From Candidatus Tayloriibacteriota bacterium (GTDB lineage Bacteria; Patescibacteriota; Minisyncoccia; Phycocordibacterales; PALSA-1337), in the NCBI GenBank assembly GCA_003151615.1, contig PLXZ01000003.1, forward strand, positions 3,545 through 67,544: DNA of 64,000 nt, written 5' to 3'. The notes beneath the pieces are model-generated. The model was not told the DNA's origin. It saw only the letters and a list, made by a program, of their open reading frames with translations, and ran no database searches. Made by a program: the position numbers and the translations under genes. The stretch's first letter is position 1. The number at the start of each line of letters is the position of its first letter. Shown one piece after another: positions 47,205 to 57,060 of the stretch.

Positions 47205-47837
47205 TTATATATTTTTTCCCACACCCTTAATTTCATTCCACTTTGCGCGCGGACATTTGTTTGGCCAATTTCGCCAGCCCTGCTCGTCGCGATATTTTGG
47301 GAATTCGTCTTTCTCGACCCAATGAAGTTTTGAATCGTCGGTGATGTGGGTTGTAAACTCCTTTCCGTTCAAATGGTCGATTTCGTGCTGGAAAATTCGG
47401 GCGGTGTAACCTGAATGCTCTTCTTCGATTTCTTTTCCTTCTTTCGTAAGCGCGCGAATTTTAATTTTAACCGGACGGGTGACAAGACCGCAGACGCGGC
47501 TCGTGGAAAAACAGCCTTCATACCATTCGGCCTCTTCAGCAGATGAAGATACAATTTCCGGATTTATATACAAACGCAGGTCACCGACTTTACCCTTGCC
47601 GTCGGCAACGACATCCACCAAAATAATTCGTTTTGAAATGCCGATTTGCGGCGCGGCCAAACCAACCAAAAGAGGCTTACCCGAATCCTTTCGTTCGCCG
47701 AATGCAGCTTCAAACATGTCTTCGATTGATTTTATAGTTTCAGCAGATTGAAGTTCGCCCGCGGAAACTTTTTTCGCAACAAGCAAAAGTACCGGATCGT
47801 TTGGCGCCGCAAATTTTTCGAGGTTGAGCGTGGGCAT
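47205..47837 (-). CDS. def: Peptide deformylase
   Basis: GLAAPQIG, EGCFS and HEIDHLNG motifs. Confidence 0.85.
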   Translation of the reverse strand: MPTLNLEKFAAPNDPVLLLVAKKVSAGELQSAETIKSIEDMFEAAFGERKDSGKPLLVGLAAPQIGISKRIILVDVVADGKGKVGDLRLYINPEIVSSSAEEAEWYEGCFSTSRVCGLVTRPVKIKIRALTKEGKEIEEEHSGYTARIFQHEIDHLNGKEFTTHITDDSKLHWVEKDEFPKYRDEQGWRNWPNKCPRAKWNEIKGVGKNI

Positions 47838-47916
47838 ATGATGGCAGCAATTGTATCACAAAGAAAAACGCGACAGATTTCTCCGTCGCGCTCTCTGATT
47901 CGATTCCCGTCCCCAA

Positions 47917-48759
47917 CTATTTCTTAAAAAGCTTCGAGAACTCTCCGTTGGACATTTGATAATTGAAACCGACCTCTTTTTCCTGAAGGCGGCCCTGCGT
48001 GTCTTTGTCATATTTCGGCAGCTCTTTGTCCTGAAAAAATACAACCATTGACCACCTTCCTTTATTCACCGTCTCGGGAGTGGAAATGACGCGATGATAC
48101 AGTCCGCGCAGTTTGCCTTTCGACCAGAGCTGCAGCTGCATCGCAGGAAAAGCAATCGCTTCGCCTTCGGACACCGGCATGTCAATCCATTGTTTATCCG
48201 CATATGTCAGACATTGCACACCTTTGCCTTTCTCCCACAAATGAAACGTGAACGCACTCTGATCAACATGTGCCGAAGCAGTTTCAACACCAATTTGACC
48301 GGGCTTAAGCGAAGGATAGTGGATGCAGCGGACGAACGGAACGATTTTTCCGTTCTTAACTTTATCCACGAAACCTTTTAATCCATATTTTTCTTCAGCC
48401 TGTCCCGCAAAATCCAAAAGTGCCGGCTCGAAAAGCTTCGTTAAATTTGTCGCATCCCGGACAAAGTCAAGAACCGCCGGATCTTTGATATTTTGAACAT
48501 GGGCATCCAGCCAATTTTTGTCGGTAGTTGAAACATCAAAATTTTCCTTGAGATCGCCCTTGTTACCTTCACCTTCCTTCAGTTCATAGCCCACACCGTC
48601 TTTATTATTGCTGTAAGGAAATGCCTTCTTCACTTCCACAGGCAAAGCGCAAAATTTTTGCCAGGAAAGCGCCGTTTTGTTCACGGCCAAGCGTAAATCC
48701 GCTGGATATGGCAAGGTCATAAAACCTTTTGTTTCAAGATCGTTAATTGATGTATTCAT
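47917..48759 (-). CDS. 2-oxoglutarate/Fe(II)-dependent oxygenase family protein
   Basis: HVDQSAF (HxD) ... LYHRV (distal His) and a double-stranded beta-helix-type length. Confidence 0.65.
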   Translation of the reverse strand: MNTSINDLETKGFMTLPYPADLRLAVNKTALSWQKFCALPVEVKKAFPYSNNKDGVGYELKEGEGNKGDLKENFDVSTTDKNWLDAHVQNIKDPAVLDFVRDATNLTKLFEPALLDFAGQAEEKYGLKGFVDKVKNGKIVPFVRCIHYPSLKPGQIGVETASAHVDQSAFTFHLWEKGKGVQCLTYADKQWIDMPVSEGEAIAFPAMQLQLWSKGKLRGLYHRVISTPETVNKGRWSMVVFFQDKELPKYDKDTQGRLQEKEVGFNYQMSNGEFSKLFKK

Positions 48760-48850
48760 ACGTTTATAATTTAACTGGCTGTTAATGGTTGATTGATACC
48801 GAAAAACTGTCCGTCAAGAAGTCTAGCTTTTCGCGCAAAAACAAAAAAGC

Positions 48851-48880
48851 GAGGATGTCCTCGGTAGAAAAAGTCGCCTA
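48851..48880 (-). terminator. Rho-independent terminator
   Basis: cgaggacatcctcg hairpin followed by cttttttgttttt on the minus strand. Confidence 0.6.
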
Positions 48881-48892
48881 TTTATTGCATAT

Positions 48893-49630
48893 TTACAAGC
48901 CGTCCACCGTATCACTCTGAATATTTTCCTCGAAGAAAAAAGGTATTTTATTTACCGTTCCGTTTTTTATCGCTTTCAGGGCAATTCGAATTCCGTTGAG
49001 ACTGTCGAATTCGGCTGACTCATTTTTTATGGCCTCATCAATTGGAACCCAAACGTTGTGTCCAAAATTTGTGTCTGGCAAAAGTTCGCCCGAACACGAA
49101 TCCGCATACGCAATCGGAAACATGAGATCCGAAAAAAGTTCGCCCGATTTGTACATTATTCTGCGTTCACAGCCGATAATTTTAAAAACTGCATCGAGCC
49201 CCGTTTCCTGTTTTAGTTTTCTGGTTGCCGCGGGCTCGATCAATTCGCCTTTTAACACCACCCCGCCCGGTACGCCGACTTTTCCATATGAAGGATTTGA
49301 TTTTCGGACCTGATTAAGAATTTCAATTTTTCCCTTCACAATGCGCGACACGATCGTAATGACATTTATCTTGAAGAGGCTCGTTATCGCATCATTTGTC
49401 GGATACGGGTCAGCGACATATTTGATGCCCGTTTTGGAAAGCGAATATCCGTCGTCATTTTTGACAACCATACCCTTTTTAACGAGATGCTGGAGATGAT
49501 AATTAAAAAGGTCGTTCGGCACTTTTTCAGGTTGCAGCTCGCTATATCGCAAAGAAGCAGCGTTTTTCAATTTCGACAAAATATGGTTCTGAATTGGAGA
49601 TAGATTTTGAAGCATGAGGGCGGTGAACAC
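48893..49630 (-). CDS. NUDIX hydrolase with N-terminal winged-helix domain
   Basis: GGVVLKGELIEPAATRKLKQETGL Nudix box. The N-terminal ~70 aa look like a wHTH. Confidence 0.7.
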   Translation of the reverse strand: MFTALMLQNLSPIQNHILSKLKNAASLRYSELQPEKVPNDLFNYHLQHLVKKGMVVKNDDGYSLSKTGIKYVADPYPTNDAITSLFKINVITIVSRIVKGKIEILNQVRKSNPSYGKVGVPGGVVLKGELIEPAATRKLKQETGLDAVFKIIGCERRIMYKSGELFSDLMFPIAYADSCSGELLPDTNFGHNVWVPIDEAIKNESAEFDSLNGIRIALKAIKNGTVNKIPFFFEENIQSDTVDGL

Positions 49631-49717
49631 ATACTAGACCCAATTTGACAACCCTGCAAATTCGAGTAACCTTACCGCAGAAACCAGGGTTAGCCACCTT
49701 GTTGTTCCCCACATAAA

Positions 49718-51034
49718 ATGGCTACACGAAACAAGAAAAACAATACTATGAGCACCGATATCATGAAGTTCAGACGGTCGCTTCTGCCCAAAGCGGGCGG
49801 AAACAAGTTCCAAAAAATTAAGGAACAAACTGCCGAAGCCCAGCAAAAAAATCCAAACCTCAAAATCATCAAGCTGTCCATCGGCCAGCCCGAAGGTCCG
49901 GCGATCATCGAAGCCTGCGCCGCGGCGGCAATTGCCATTTTGACCCGCAAGGAAAACATCCACGAATACCAGGACAACGGTATGCCCGGCTGTCCGGACT
50001 TCGCTCCGCGCTTCGTTCAATGTCACGTCAAAACCAAACTGGCTAACATTCCAAAGGATGTCATTGATTACGGTTACCTCGCCATCCCTGGCATCAAGCC
50101 GACGATTGACGTCGTCTTGAAAGCCCTCGGCAGTTGGACGTGCGTGCGCAACACCCCGTATCAAACTTCAATCGTCGGCACCATGACCGAACCGGGATAT
50201 CCGACCCCGAAGGACCAAGGTGTCATGATCAAAGGCATCGAACTCTTCGACCTGCCCGCAATCGCAGAAAAAGGGTTTTTGTTTGATCCTTCGGACATTG
50301 ATGCCGTTGTCGAACAACAATTCCCGGGTCGTAAACTCGGCGAAGGCGACATGCTCATGCTCAACCTTCCACTCAATCCCGCAGGCATCGTCGCCAGGCG
50401 GGAATGGCTGGAAAAATTATGCGCGTATTGCGAAGAGCGCGGCATCCGCCTCGTCAACGACGCGGCCTACTCCATGCTCGTCAACAGCGAACAAGCGGTT
50501 ACCCTGACTGATGTGGCAGTGAACTTCCCCGGTCTCAACTGGGGGGAAATGTTCTCGGCCTCAAAGGCGGGTAACAACACCGGCTGGCGCATTGGCGCCG
50601 TCGTCGGTTCGCCAGAATTCATGGGCGACATCAAGCGCATCAACGGCAACATGAACAGCGGTCCGGTCGCCGCAATGGCAATCGGCGCCTTGGAGCTGTT
50701 TGAAAAGTATCCGCACAAAATCGCCGAATATCGCGATCTGTATCACAAACGCCTCATTGTTTTGCGGGACATCCTGCACAACGCAGGCATGCGAATCGCC
50801 GTCAACCCGGAAGCAGGATTTTTCCTGCTCTACGACGTGCCGAAATTTGCGTTCGGACGCGAAATCAAGGACGCCGAAGAATTCAATGCACTCCTGATTG
50901 AAGAAACCGGCGTCGTCGGCGTGCCGTTCGGCGCCTCGAACCAATGGATCCGTTTCGCAATCTGCGCGGCGGACGTCATCGCCTTGAAGAGCGAAATCCA
51001 GAGGGCGTTCGAAAAAGCCCAGGTTTCGTATTGA
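49718..51034 (+). CDS. Class I/II PLP-dependent aminotransferase, probable LL-diaminopimelate aminotransferase (DapL-type)
   Basis: Aminotransferase class I fold of 438 aa, including a SASKAGN-type PLP-lysine region (FSASKAGNNTGWRIG). The DapL assignment is inferred from length and the neighbouring lysine-pathway genes. Confidence 0.7.
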   Translation: MATRNKKNNTMSTDIMKFRRSLLPKAGGNKFQKIKEQTAEAQQKNPNLKIIKLSIGQPEGPAIIEACAAAAIAILTRKENIHEYQDNGMPGCPDFAPRFVQCHVKTKLANIPKDVIDYGYLAIPGIKPTIDVVLKALGSWTCVRNTPYQTSIVGTMTEPGYPTPKDQGVMIKGIELFDLPAIAEKGFLFDPSDIDAVVEQQFPGRKLGEGDMLMLNLPLNPAGIVARREWLEKLCAYCEERGIRLVNDAAYSMLVNSEQAVTLTDVAVNFPGLNWGEMFSASKAGNNTGWRIGAVVGSPEFMGDIKRINGNMNSGPVAAMAIGALELFEKYPHKIAEYRDLYHKRLIVLRDILHNAGMRIAVNPEAGFFLLYDVPKFAFGREIKDAEEFNALLIEETGVVGVPFGASNQWIRFAICAADVIALKSEIQRAFEKAQVSY

Positions 51035-51065
51035 TTCAGATTGAATCGTTTTGTTCCAATTCAAG

Positions 51066-51096
51066 CCCGTGTGCATTTCGCGCACGGGTTTTTTTC
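51066..51096 (+). terminator. Rho-independent terminator
   Basis: cccgtgtgcatttcgcgcacggg hairpin followed by tttttttc. A second, opposite-facing hairpin at ~51121-51150 serves the minus-strand gene. Confidence 0.75.
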
Positions 51097-51183
51097 TTTT
51101 CATTTTTTATTTTCACCATTCAGTACAAAGAAAAAAGCCGCTCCCCTCTGAAAGGAACGGCTTTGCACAAAACCGATTCGTAA

Positions 51184-51705
51184 TTATTTCGCAGGCTCGG
51201 CTACCGGCGTCGCATCTCGCAGGAACAGAATTTTTTCGGCAAGTTTTGCGTTCGCCGCTTCAACGACCCGGGCATCAATCATGCCGGCAAACATATTTGA
51301 GACGAACAAATCGTGTTCCCACTTTGCGAGACCGCTTGTCCCCACGCAAATACCATTGAGATACACGCCGCCCGCAAACTTGAAATCTTCACCCGTCAAA
51401 AGATGCGGCACGGCGGCCATGGCAATGTGGTTTGACATCTTCGTCCTCCACGCCAATTCCGCCTTTGCCTTGGCGAACACATTATAGGGATATTTCCATT
51501 TTGTGATGTCGCTTTCACCAAGAGTGCCTGACCACAAAACAGGCGGATGACTTGAGGGCTCTTCCAGAAAAGGCGACGGGTCAAGAACAACGATACAGGC
51601 CCCAACCCGGCCGGGCACCGAAGTAATGAAACGCTCGGTAAGCATTGGTGCGATCATTGCAAAACATTCGTTAATCAAACCAGTTGTAAGAAACTTCGAG
51701 TTCAT
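51184..51705 (-). CDS. Hypothetical protein (possible GlcG/DUF336-like)
   Basis: The track ORF runs to 51828 and would overlap lysA, so I place the start at MNSKF. The segment FAGGVYLNGICVGTSG resembles GlcG-type proteins only weakly. Confidence 0.35.
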   Translation of the reverse strand: MNSKFLTTGLINECFAMIAPMLTERFITSVPGRVGACIVVLDPSPFLEEPSSHPPVLWSGTLGESDITKWKYPYNVFAKAKAELAWRTKMSNHIAMAAVPHLLTGEDFKFAGGVYLNGICVGTSGLAKWEHDLFVSNMFAGMIDARVVEAANAKLAEKILFLRDATPVAEPAK

Positions 51706-51903
51706 AATAATATTCAATTTTGTTTGTCTTTCCGCCGCAACACGCGGCGAATCTGGGCTATTTCTAGCTTTTGAATCGACTTCTGTCAAGTGTTCTTGAC
51801 ACGACCATTCAATATCAGTAATGTTCATGGCAGATTGGAGAGACAGCAGCTCTCAGCCCTTTGTAATACTGCTCAACAACAACTCGGACAACACCTGAAG
51901 ATT

Positions 51904-53268
51904 ATGCCTGTATCAAAATCATTTGAAGAACGCCTGCACAAGTCACTCCCGCAAATCATTGAAAAATTCGGCACGCCCTTCCACATTTATGACGGGCCTG
52001 GTATCCATGACACATTGCGCGACATGAAAGAGACCTTCCGCCTGCGAAATCTGTCCTTCAAGGAATTCTACGCCGTGAAAGCGCTTCCGAAACCCGCAAT
52101 CATGGAAATCATCAAGGACGAACAATGCGGTTTCGACTGCAGTTCGATTCCCGAACTTCGTCTCGCGCGCAATGCCGGGGCGAAACCGGAAGACATCATG
52201 TTCACGGCCAACAACGTCAAGAAAGGCGAATTCCGCGAAGCCCTCGACCACGGCGGTTGCATCATGAATCTCGACGGCATCGAATACATCCCGAAACTGG
52301 AAGCACTCTGCCGTGAAATCACCCGCCCGTTCCCGGAACTCATTTGCTTCCGTCTCAACCCTGGAACGCGCAAGACCGGAGATTCGGTCAATTCAATCAT
52401 CGGCAACCCGGTTGACGCAAAATACGGGGTTCCGATTGAAGACATCGTCGAAGCCTACCGTGCAATACAAAAAATTGCCGAACAACAAACAAACCAGGAT
52501 CGTAAAAAACAACGTTACGGACTACATACGATGGTATGTTCGAACGACCGCGATTACACGCACATGGTCGCGACCTACCGCTTACTTCTGGAAGTTGCCG
52601 CGCAATTGAAAAAGGAACTCGGCATCGAGCTGGAGTTCGTCAATGTCGGGGGCGGCCTGGGCATTCCGTATCGTCCCGGCGACACCGCGTTTGATTTGAA
52701 GGCGTTCGCCGACGAATGCTACAAGCTTACGATGGCGTTTGCCCAGGAACACGGCTATGCTCCGGCAATCTTCATGGAAAGCGGACGCTATGTTACCGGT
52801 CCGCACGGTGTGCTCATCAATCGCGTGATTAATGTGTTCAAAAAATACAAAAATTATGTCGGCATTGAAGTTGCCATGCCTGCGCTCATGCGGGTCGGCA
52901 TGTATCCGACGTCGGCGTATCACCACTGCATCTTGCTGAATCCAGACGGATCGCCGATTGAAGAAGGCAGCCGTCCGATCATCAAGGTCACCATCGTCGG
53001 CTCAATCTGCGAAAACTGCGACGTGCTGGCCCGTGATGTTGAAATGCCGGAACCGCGCGAAGGCGACCTCATCATGACGTGCGACACGGGTGCCCACGGT
53101 TCGGCAATGTGCTTCAACTACAACGGACGCGAACGCATCCAGGAACTTCTCGAGGGTTTCTACGGAAACGTCCGCCGCATCTGCCGCGCTGAAACGTATG
53201 ACGATTTGGATATCCGTCATCAAGGGTTGGAAGGACAGGAACATCGGCTCAAGGTTTCGAACAATTGA
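51904..53268 (+). CDS. lysA: Diaminopimelate decarboxylase (Orn/DAP/Arg decarboxylase family 2)
   Basis: PLP-lysine motif FYAVKALP and the C-terminal beta-sandwich with a Cys (CENCD). The start is set at MPVSKSF. It is somewhat longer than canonical LysA. Confidence 0.8.
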   Translation: MPVSKSFEERLHKSLPQIIEKFGTPFHIYDGPGIHDTLRDMKETFRLRNLSFKEFYAVKALPKPAIMEIIKDEQCGFDCSSIPELRLARNAGAKPEDIMFTANNVKKGEFREALDHGGCIMNLDGIEYIPKLEALCREITRPFPELICFRLNPGTRKTGDSVNSIIGNPVDAKYGVPIEDIVEAYRAIQKIAEQQTNQDRKKQRYGLHTMVCSNDRDYTHMVATYRLLLEVAAQLKKELGIELEFVNVGGGLGIPYRPGDTAFDLKAFADECYKLTMAFAQEHGYAPAIFMESGRYVTGPHGVLINRVINVFKKYKNYVGIEVAMPALMRVGMYPTSAYHHCILLNPDGSPIEEGSRPIIKVTIVGSICENCDVLARDVEMPEPREGDLIMTCDTGAHGSAMCFNYNGRERIQELLEGFYGNVRRICRAETYDDLDIRHQGLEGQEHRLKVSNN

Positions 53269-53296
53269 ACAAATTGTGGATAACCACAACACAAAG

Positions 53297-53332
53297 CCGT
53301 CCCGCGACATGCAGGACGGCTTTTTTATTTAA
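53297..53332 (+). terminator. Rho-independent terminator (bidirectional)
   Basis: aaagccgtcccgcgacatgcaggacggcttttttattt. Confidence 0.75.
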
Positions 53333-53606
53333 TGGAACGCTTGAGAATGCCCTCGACGTTTTTGCCCGCACGAATCAACGCCAATTTCTTCTCGCGCGAC
53401 AATCTTTTTATTTCCGCTTCGCGCTGTCGGCCATGCGCCAAATCCCGGCATTTTTCCGAATACACCATCCGCACCGGCCGGCGAATTTTCGTATAGTGCG
53501 CGCCGTTTTTGGAATTGTTGTGCTCGTGCAAACGCTTCTCCAAATCGTTGGTACAGCCGACATACAGGGTTTTGTCTTTGCACTTCAGAATATAGACAAA
53601 GTGAAT
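53325..53606 (-). CDS. GIY-YIG nuclease family protein (stand-alone ~95 aa)
   Basis: FVYILKCKDKTLYVGCTNDLEKRLHEHN matches GIY-YIG. The start is set at MIHFVYIL. Confidence 0.75.
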   Translation of the reverse strand: MHFVYILKCKDKTLYVGCTNDLEKRLHEHNNSKNGAHYTKIRRPVRMVYSEKCRDLAHGRQREAEIKRLSREKKLALIRAGKNVEGILKRSIK

Positions 53607-53975
53607 CATGAAAATGTATGCGGTAACTGTATCATTTTCAGCCGACGCGTACAAAAGCGAAAATAAAAAAACGCCAGAGAATCAGATTCTCCGGCGTTCG
53701 GGGCGCATCGGTATGCAGGTGTTGATGTCTGCAAGTGCGACGCTAAAAGTGAAAAATTTAAACTGAAAAGTTGAAACCGTGGGGGTGTTCCGTAGGCCGG
53801 GATGGCTGGCGGGATCCGGTCCGTTCTTCAGCGGCATGACGCACAGGCCGCGCAGTACGACGGAACACCCCACCCGCGTTCCAACTTCTCATTCAGTCTT
53901 TCGGAAACATCGTATCATGACGCTGGCGCAAGATGCAAGTCTGGCAAACCTTTGGCCGGAACCTTCCGCATCACA

Positions 53976-54503
53976 CTACGCAACTTTCCGCGTTTTTGCG
54001 GCATGGTCAAGAAGGTCATGCAGAATATGCAGACCGCGGTGAATGCGCACGACAACTGTGTTTTCCCCCGCAGCGCTGATGCCGGCAATTTCTCGAATTG
54101 AAAGCTGCTGGAGATAGCGCATCTTGATTGTCGCGCGATAAGGCTCGCGGATTTCTCCCAAATATTTAACCGCCTGGACGCCGTCGATCGAATCGATCAA
54201 ACGTTCCGTCTCATCCGTTCCCGGATCAAAGCCGTCCTCGCACATCGTGTCAAGCGATTCATCCGGACTCCTCTTGCGATACTGGTCGATAATGAGGTTG
54301 CCGAGAATCTTGTACAGAAATGCCTTCATGTTCATGACATCCTTGCCTTCGCTGATGTGCCGCCATGCCCGGAAAAATGTTTCCTGAAGAAGGTCCTTGG
54401 CGAGTTCGCAGTCGCTTATTTTACGGAGACAGAATCGGTACAATGGCTCGGAGTATTCCGCATACGCATTGTTAAAATTCAATTGTATTTGAGTGTTTTT
54501 CAT
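53976..54503 (-). CDS. RNA polymerase sigma-70 family factor (ECF-like)
   Basis: Region 2 (LQETFFRAWRHI) and the region 4 HTH (LSIREIAGISAAGENTVVVRIHRG). Confidence 0.8.
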   Translation of the reverse strand: MKNTQIQLNFNNAYAEYSEPLYRFCLRKISDCELAKDLLQETFFRAWRHISEGKDVMNMKAFLYKILGNLIIDQYRKRSPDESLDTMCEDGFDPGTDETERLIDSIDGVQAVKYLGEIREPYRATIKMRYLQQLSIREIAGISAAGENTVVVRIHRGLHILHDLLDHAAKTRKVA

Positions 54504-54667
54504 ATGTTTTATATATTTAAGGATAATATTAATATTTAATATTATTTTAATATAATAGTCCTATAAAAAAGAAAGTCAAACAAAAAAAAGCCCCATTTTT
54601 AGGCTTTTCTGTGCATTAACTGTGTATAACTTTAATATTTATTTAATATAAAGGTCGGATTATTGTA

Positions 54668-55339
54668 TTACTTTTCCCGTAGCGTGTAGCCCACGCGCCG
54701 TATTGTATGTATAAGAGGCTTCGTCCCTGCTGGATCCATCTTTCTGCGAAGATAGCGCATATGAACGTTCAATTCATGATTTATTTCGACAAATTCAGAA
54801 CCCCACGCCTCGTCAAGCAATTGCCTGCGGCTCAAGGCCTGTCCCGCATTGCGGACGAGAGTTTCCAAAAGACGGTATTCCTTTGGCGTCAAGGCAAGCT
54901 TCTTCCCTGCCCGGGTGACCTCGTGGCGATTTCCGTCCATGACAAGATCCCCTACTTTCAATATCGGCTGTTCAACGGTTTTTCTGCGGCGGAGCACGGC
55001 GCGTATGCGGGCCAGCAATTCCGTTATGCCAAAAGGCTTCACCAAATAATCATCGGCACCAAGATCAAGCCCCTGGACGCGATCGCCCACAAGTCCGCGC
55101 GCGGTGAGCATGATAATCGGCGTCGGTATATGATGGGCGCGCAATTCCCTGCAGACTTCCATGCCGTCTTTTTTCGGCATCATGATGTCGAGAAGTATGA
55201 GCGTATATTTGTTTTTCATGGCTTTCGCCAAGCCTTCCTCGCCGTCATACGCCGCATCAACGGCATATTTTTCGGCTTTGAGGGCTTTCTTGAGTATTTC
55301 GACGAGCTTCTTTTCGTCTTCAATGATGAGAATAGTCAT
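54668..55339 (-). CDS. OmpR-family response regulator
   Basis: A receiver domain (D in LILLDIMMP) and a C-terminal winged-helix trans_reg_C domain. Confidence 0.9.
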   Translation of the reverse strand: MTILIIEDEKKLVEILKKALKAEKYAVDAAYDGEEGLAKAMKNKYTLILLDIMMPKKDGMEVCRELRAHHIPTPIIMLTARGLVGDRVQGLDLGADDYLVKPFGITELLARIRAVLRRRKTVEQPILKVGDLVMDGNRHEVTRAGKKLALTPKEYRLLETLVRNAGQALSRRQLLDEAWGSEFVEINHELNVHMRYLRRKMDPAGTKPLIHTIRRVGYTLREK

Positions 55340-55451
55340 AGGCTACCTATAATAGTACGAAAAAATTTAAAGTCAAGATTAATATTATATTAAAAGTTAT
55401 AAACAGATTATTAACATACTAGTCCCCAAATTTAAGCAAAAAGAGCTTGAC

Positions 55452-55480
55452 TTCCAATTTTTAAGGGACTATATTGTTAG
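55452..55480 (+). promoter_or_regulatory. Sigma-70-like promoter (TTGACT-17-TATATT)
   Basis: ttgacttccaatttttaagggactatatt lies upstream of the small ORF at 55513. Confidence 0.45.
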
Positions 55481-55512
55481 TATTATTAAATTAGTATTAA
55501 ATTATAAATACC

Positions 55513-55776
55513 ATGTCTATAGCACTCAAATACACAACCCTGAAGGACGCCAGCATTCCCCTCGCGCATTTTCGTGCGGAAAAAAAACGGCATTCCTTGT
55601 ATGGACATGGTAAAGCCCTTGCGATCACCTCTGTGGTAGTCCTCGCGATGGTGCTTCCGTTCATATTCCTGTACGCACTCGTCACCCCTCATGGAAATCA
55701 AACGGCCTTTCTCGAACAATACGCCTCATCTCCAATACCAGCGCCTGCCGTAAATGATTATCTCGCCGCGCACTAA
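55513..55776 (+). CDS. Small hypothetical membrane protein
   Basis: 87 aa with one TM helix, preceded by a consensus-like promoter. Confidence 0.4.
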   Translation: MSIALKYTTLKDASIPLAHFRAEKKRHSLYGHGKALAITSVVVLAMVLPFIFLYALVTPHGNQTAFLEQYASSPIPAPAVNDYLAAH

Positions 55777-56993
55777 GCGACCGAAAAAACCGGCAATGTC
55801 AGTCTGAACGTACTTCCCTTTTTTTCCTGAGATTTGAGCAGTGAAACGTTACCTTCGTGGGCTTCGACAATAAATTTAACGATAGCCAGTCCCAACCCGG
55901 TTCCTTCGTGGTTTTTTTCACGGGCGTTTGGAGCGCGATAAAACCGATCAAATACATGGGGAATGTCGCCTTTTGGTATGCCAATGCCGTCATCGGCGAC
56001 GTCGACATGCACTACCGATTTGCGATTGAGTTCATTCGAAGCCGACACGCTCGCATGACCCAGACTGCAGGTTATCGCCACTGATCCTTTTTCCCTTCCA
56101 TACACAAGGGCATTTTTGACGACATTGCCGAACATCTTGTCGAAATACAGCCTGTCGCCCGTTATAACGACATCCGGCACGTCGCCCATGTCGAGCGAAA
56201 GTGAAATATATTTTTTGGCGGCCTGAATCGAGAATCTTTTAATGGTCTGCTCGAGAATTTCCCCGAGCCTTATGTGACGGGCCTCTCTTTTTCGGTTAAA
56301 GGAAGCGTTATCAGTGACCAGGACCGACAAGTCGGAAACGAGCCCTGACATATGGTTGACCTCATAGTCAATGTCGCGAAGGGTTCTTTTGATTTCCTGC
56401 GGATTTTTCGAATTTCCCCGAAGGGCAAGATCCACGTTGCCTTTTATGATTGCCAGCGGGGTGCGCAGTTCATGTGTCGCTTCGGCCAAAAATTCAGTCT
56501 TTGCCTTCTCCTGCTCGCTCGACATCAGGCGTCGAATGGTGATGGCCTGCGCCACGACAGTTCCAATAAATTCGCAAAGAATCTTTTTCTCCCTCGCAAA
56601 TGATTCCTGTTTTTTGAAGCAAATGACGATGTTTCCGTACGTTTTCGCGCGGAATGAGATGGGAATGATGACAAAGCTTTTCATATATCTGCTGACGTCA
56701 GATTTGTCCGCGCGTTTTTTCACGATTTTTACATAGTCGGGTTCGCGGTTTTTTATGACGCTGTAATTTCTACCGTCTTTCTGCGGAGGTAGAGGAGTGT
56801 AGGGCGTGCGCGTGCTTTTGTACACCAAAGTCAACTCGCTGGAGGCATAGGAGTTAAGCCATACAAAACCGAAATCGGCATCGAGTATTTTGATTCCAAT
56901 GTCGGTAAAAGCCTTGATGACCTTGACCTCATCGATTTCGTTCAGACATTCCACGACCGTCTGGTTAAGCTGTGTTATTTTTTCGTACAACAT
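55773..56993 (-). CDS. Sensor histidine kinase (cytoplasmic, GAF-HisKA-HATPase_c)
   Basis: H-box AEATHELRTPLAII, plus N, G1 and G2 boxes in the C-terminal domain. An N-terminal GAF-like region is present and no TM helices. Confidence 0.85.
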   Translation of the reverse strand: MLYEKITQLNQTVVECLNEIDEVKVIKAFTDIGIKILDADFGFVWLNSYASSELTLVYKSTRTPYTPLPPQKDGRNYSVIKNREPDYVKIVKKRADKSDVSRYMKSFVIIPISFRAKTYGNIVICFKKQESFAREKKILCEFIGTVVAQAITIRRLMSSEQEKAKTEFLAEATHELRTPLAIIKGNVDLALRGNSKNPQEIKRTLRDIDYEVNHMSGLVSDLSVLVTDNASFNRKREARHIRLGEILEQTIKRFSIQAAKKYISLSLDMGDVPDVVITGDRLYFDKMFGNVVKNALVYGREKGSVAITCSLGHASVSASNELNRKSVVHVDVADDGIGIPKGDIPHVFDRFYRAPNAREKNHEGTGLGLAIVKFIVEAHEGNVSLLKSQEKKGSTFRLTLPVFSVA

Positions 56994-57060
56994 TTTTGCC
57001 GGTATTTAAATTGTAACCCATTTTTGCCCATAAAAAAACGGATGAAAGCGGAGTGCGTTT

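Noticed and set aside
50561-51103. 180-aa minus-strand ORF inside the aminotransferase gene
   Set aside because: Shadow ORF. The aminotransferase frame has clear PLP-fold motifs.
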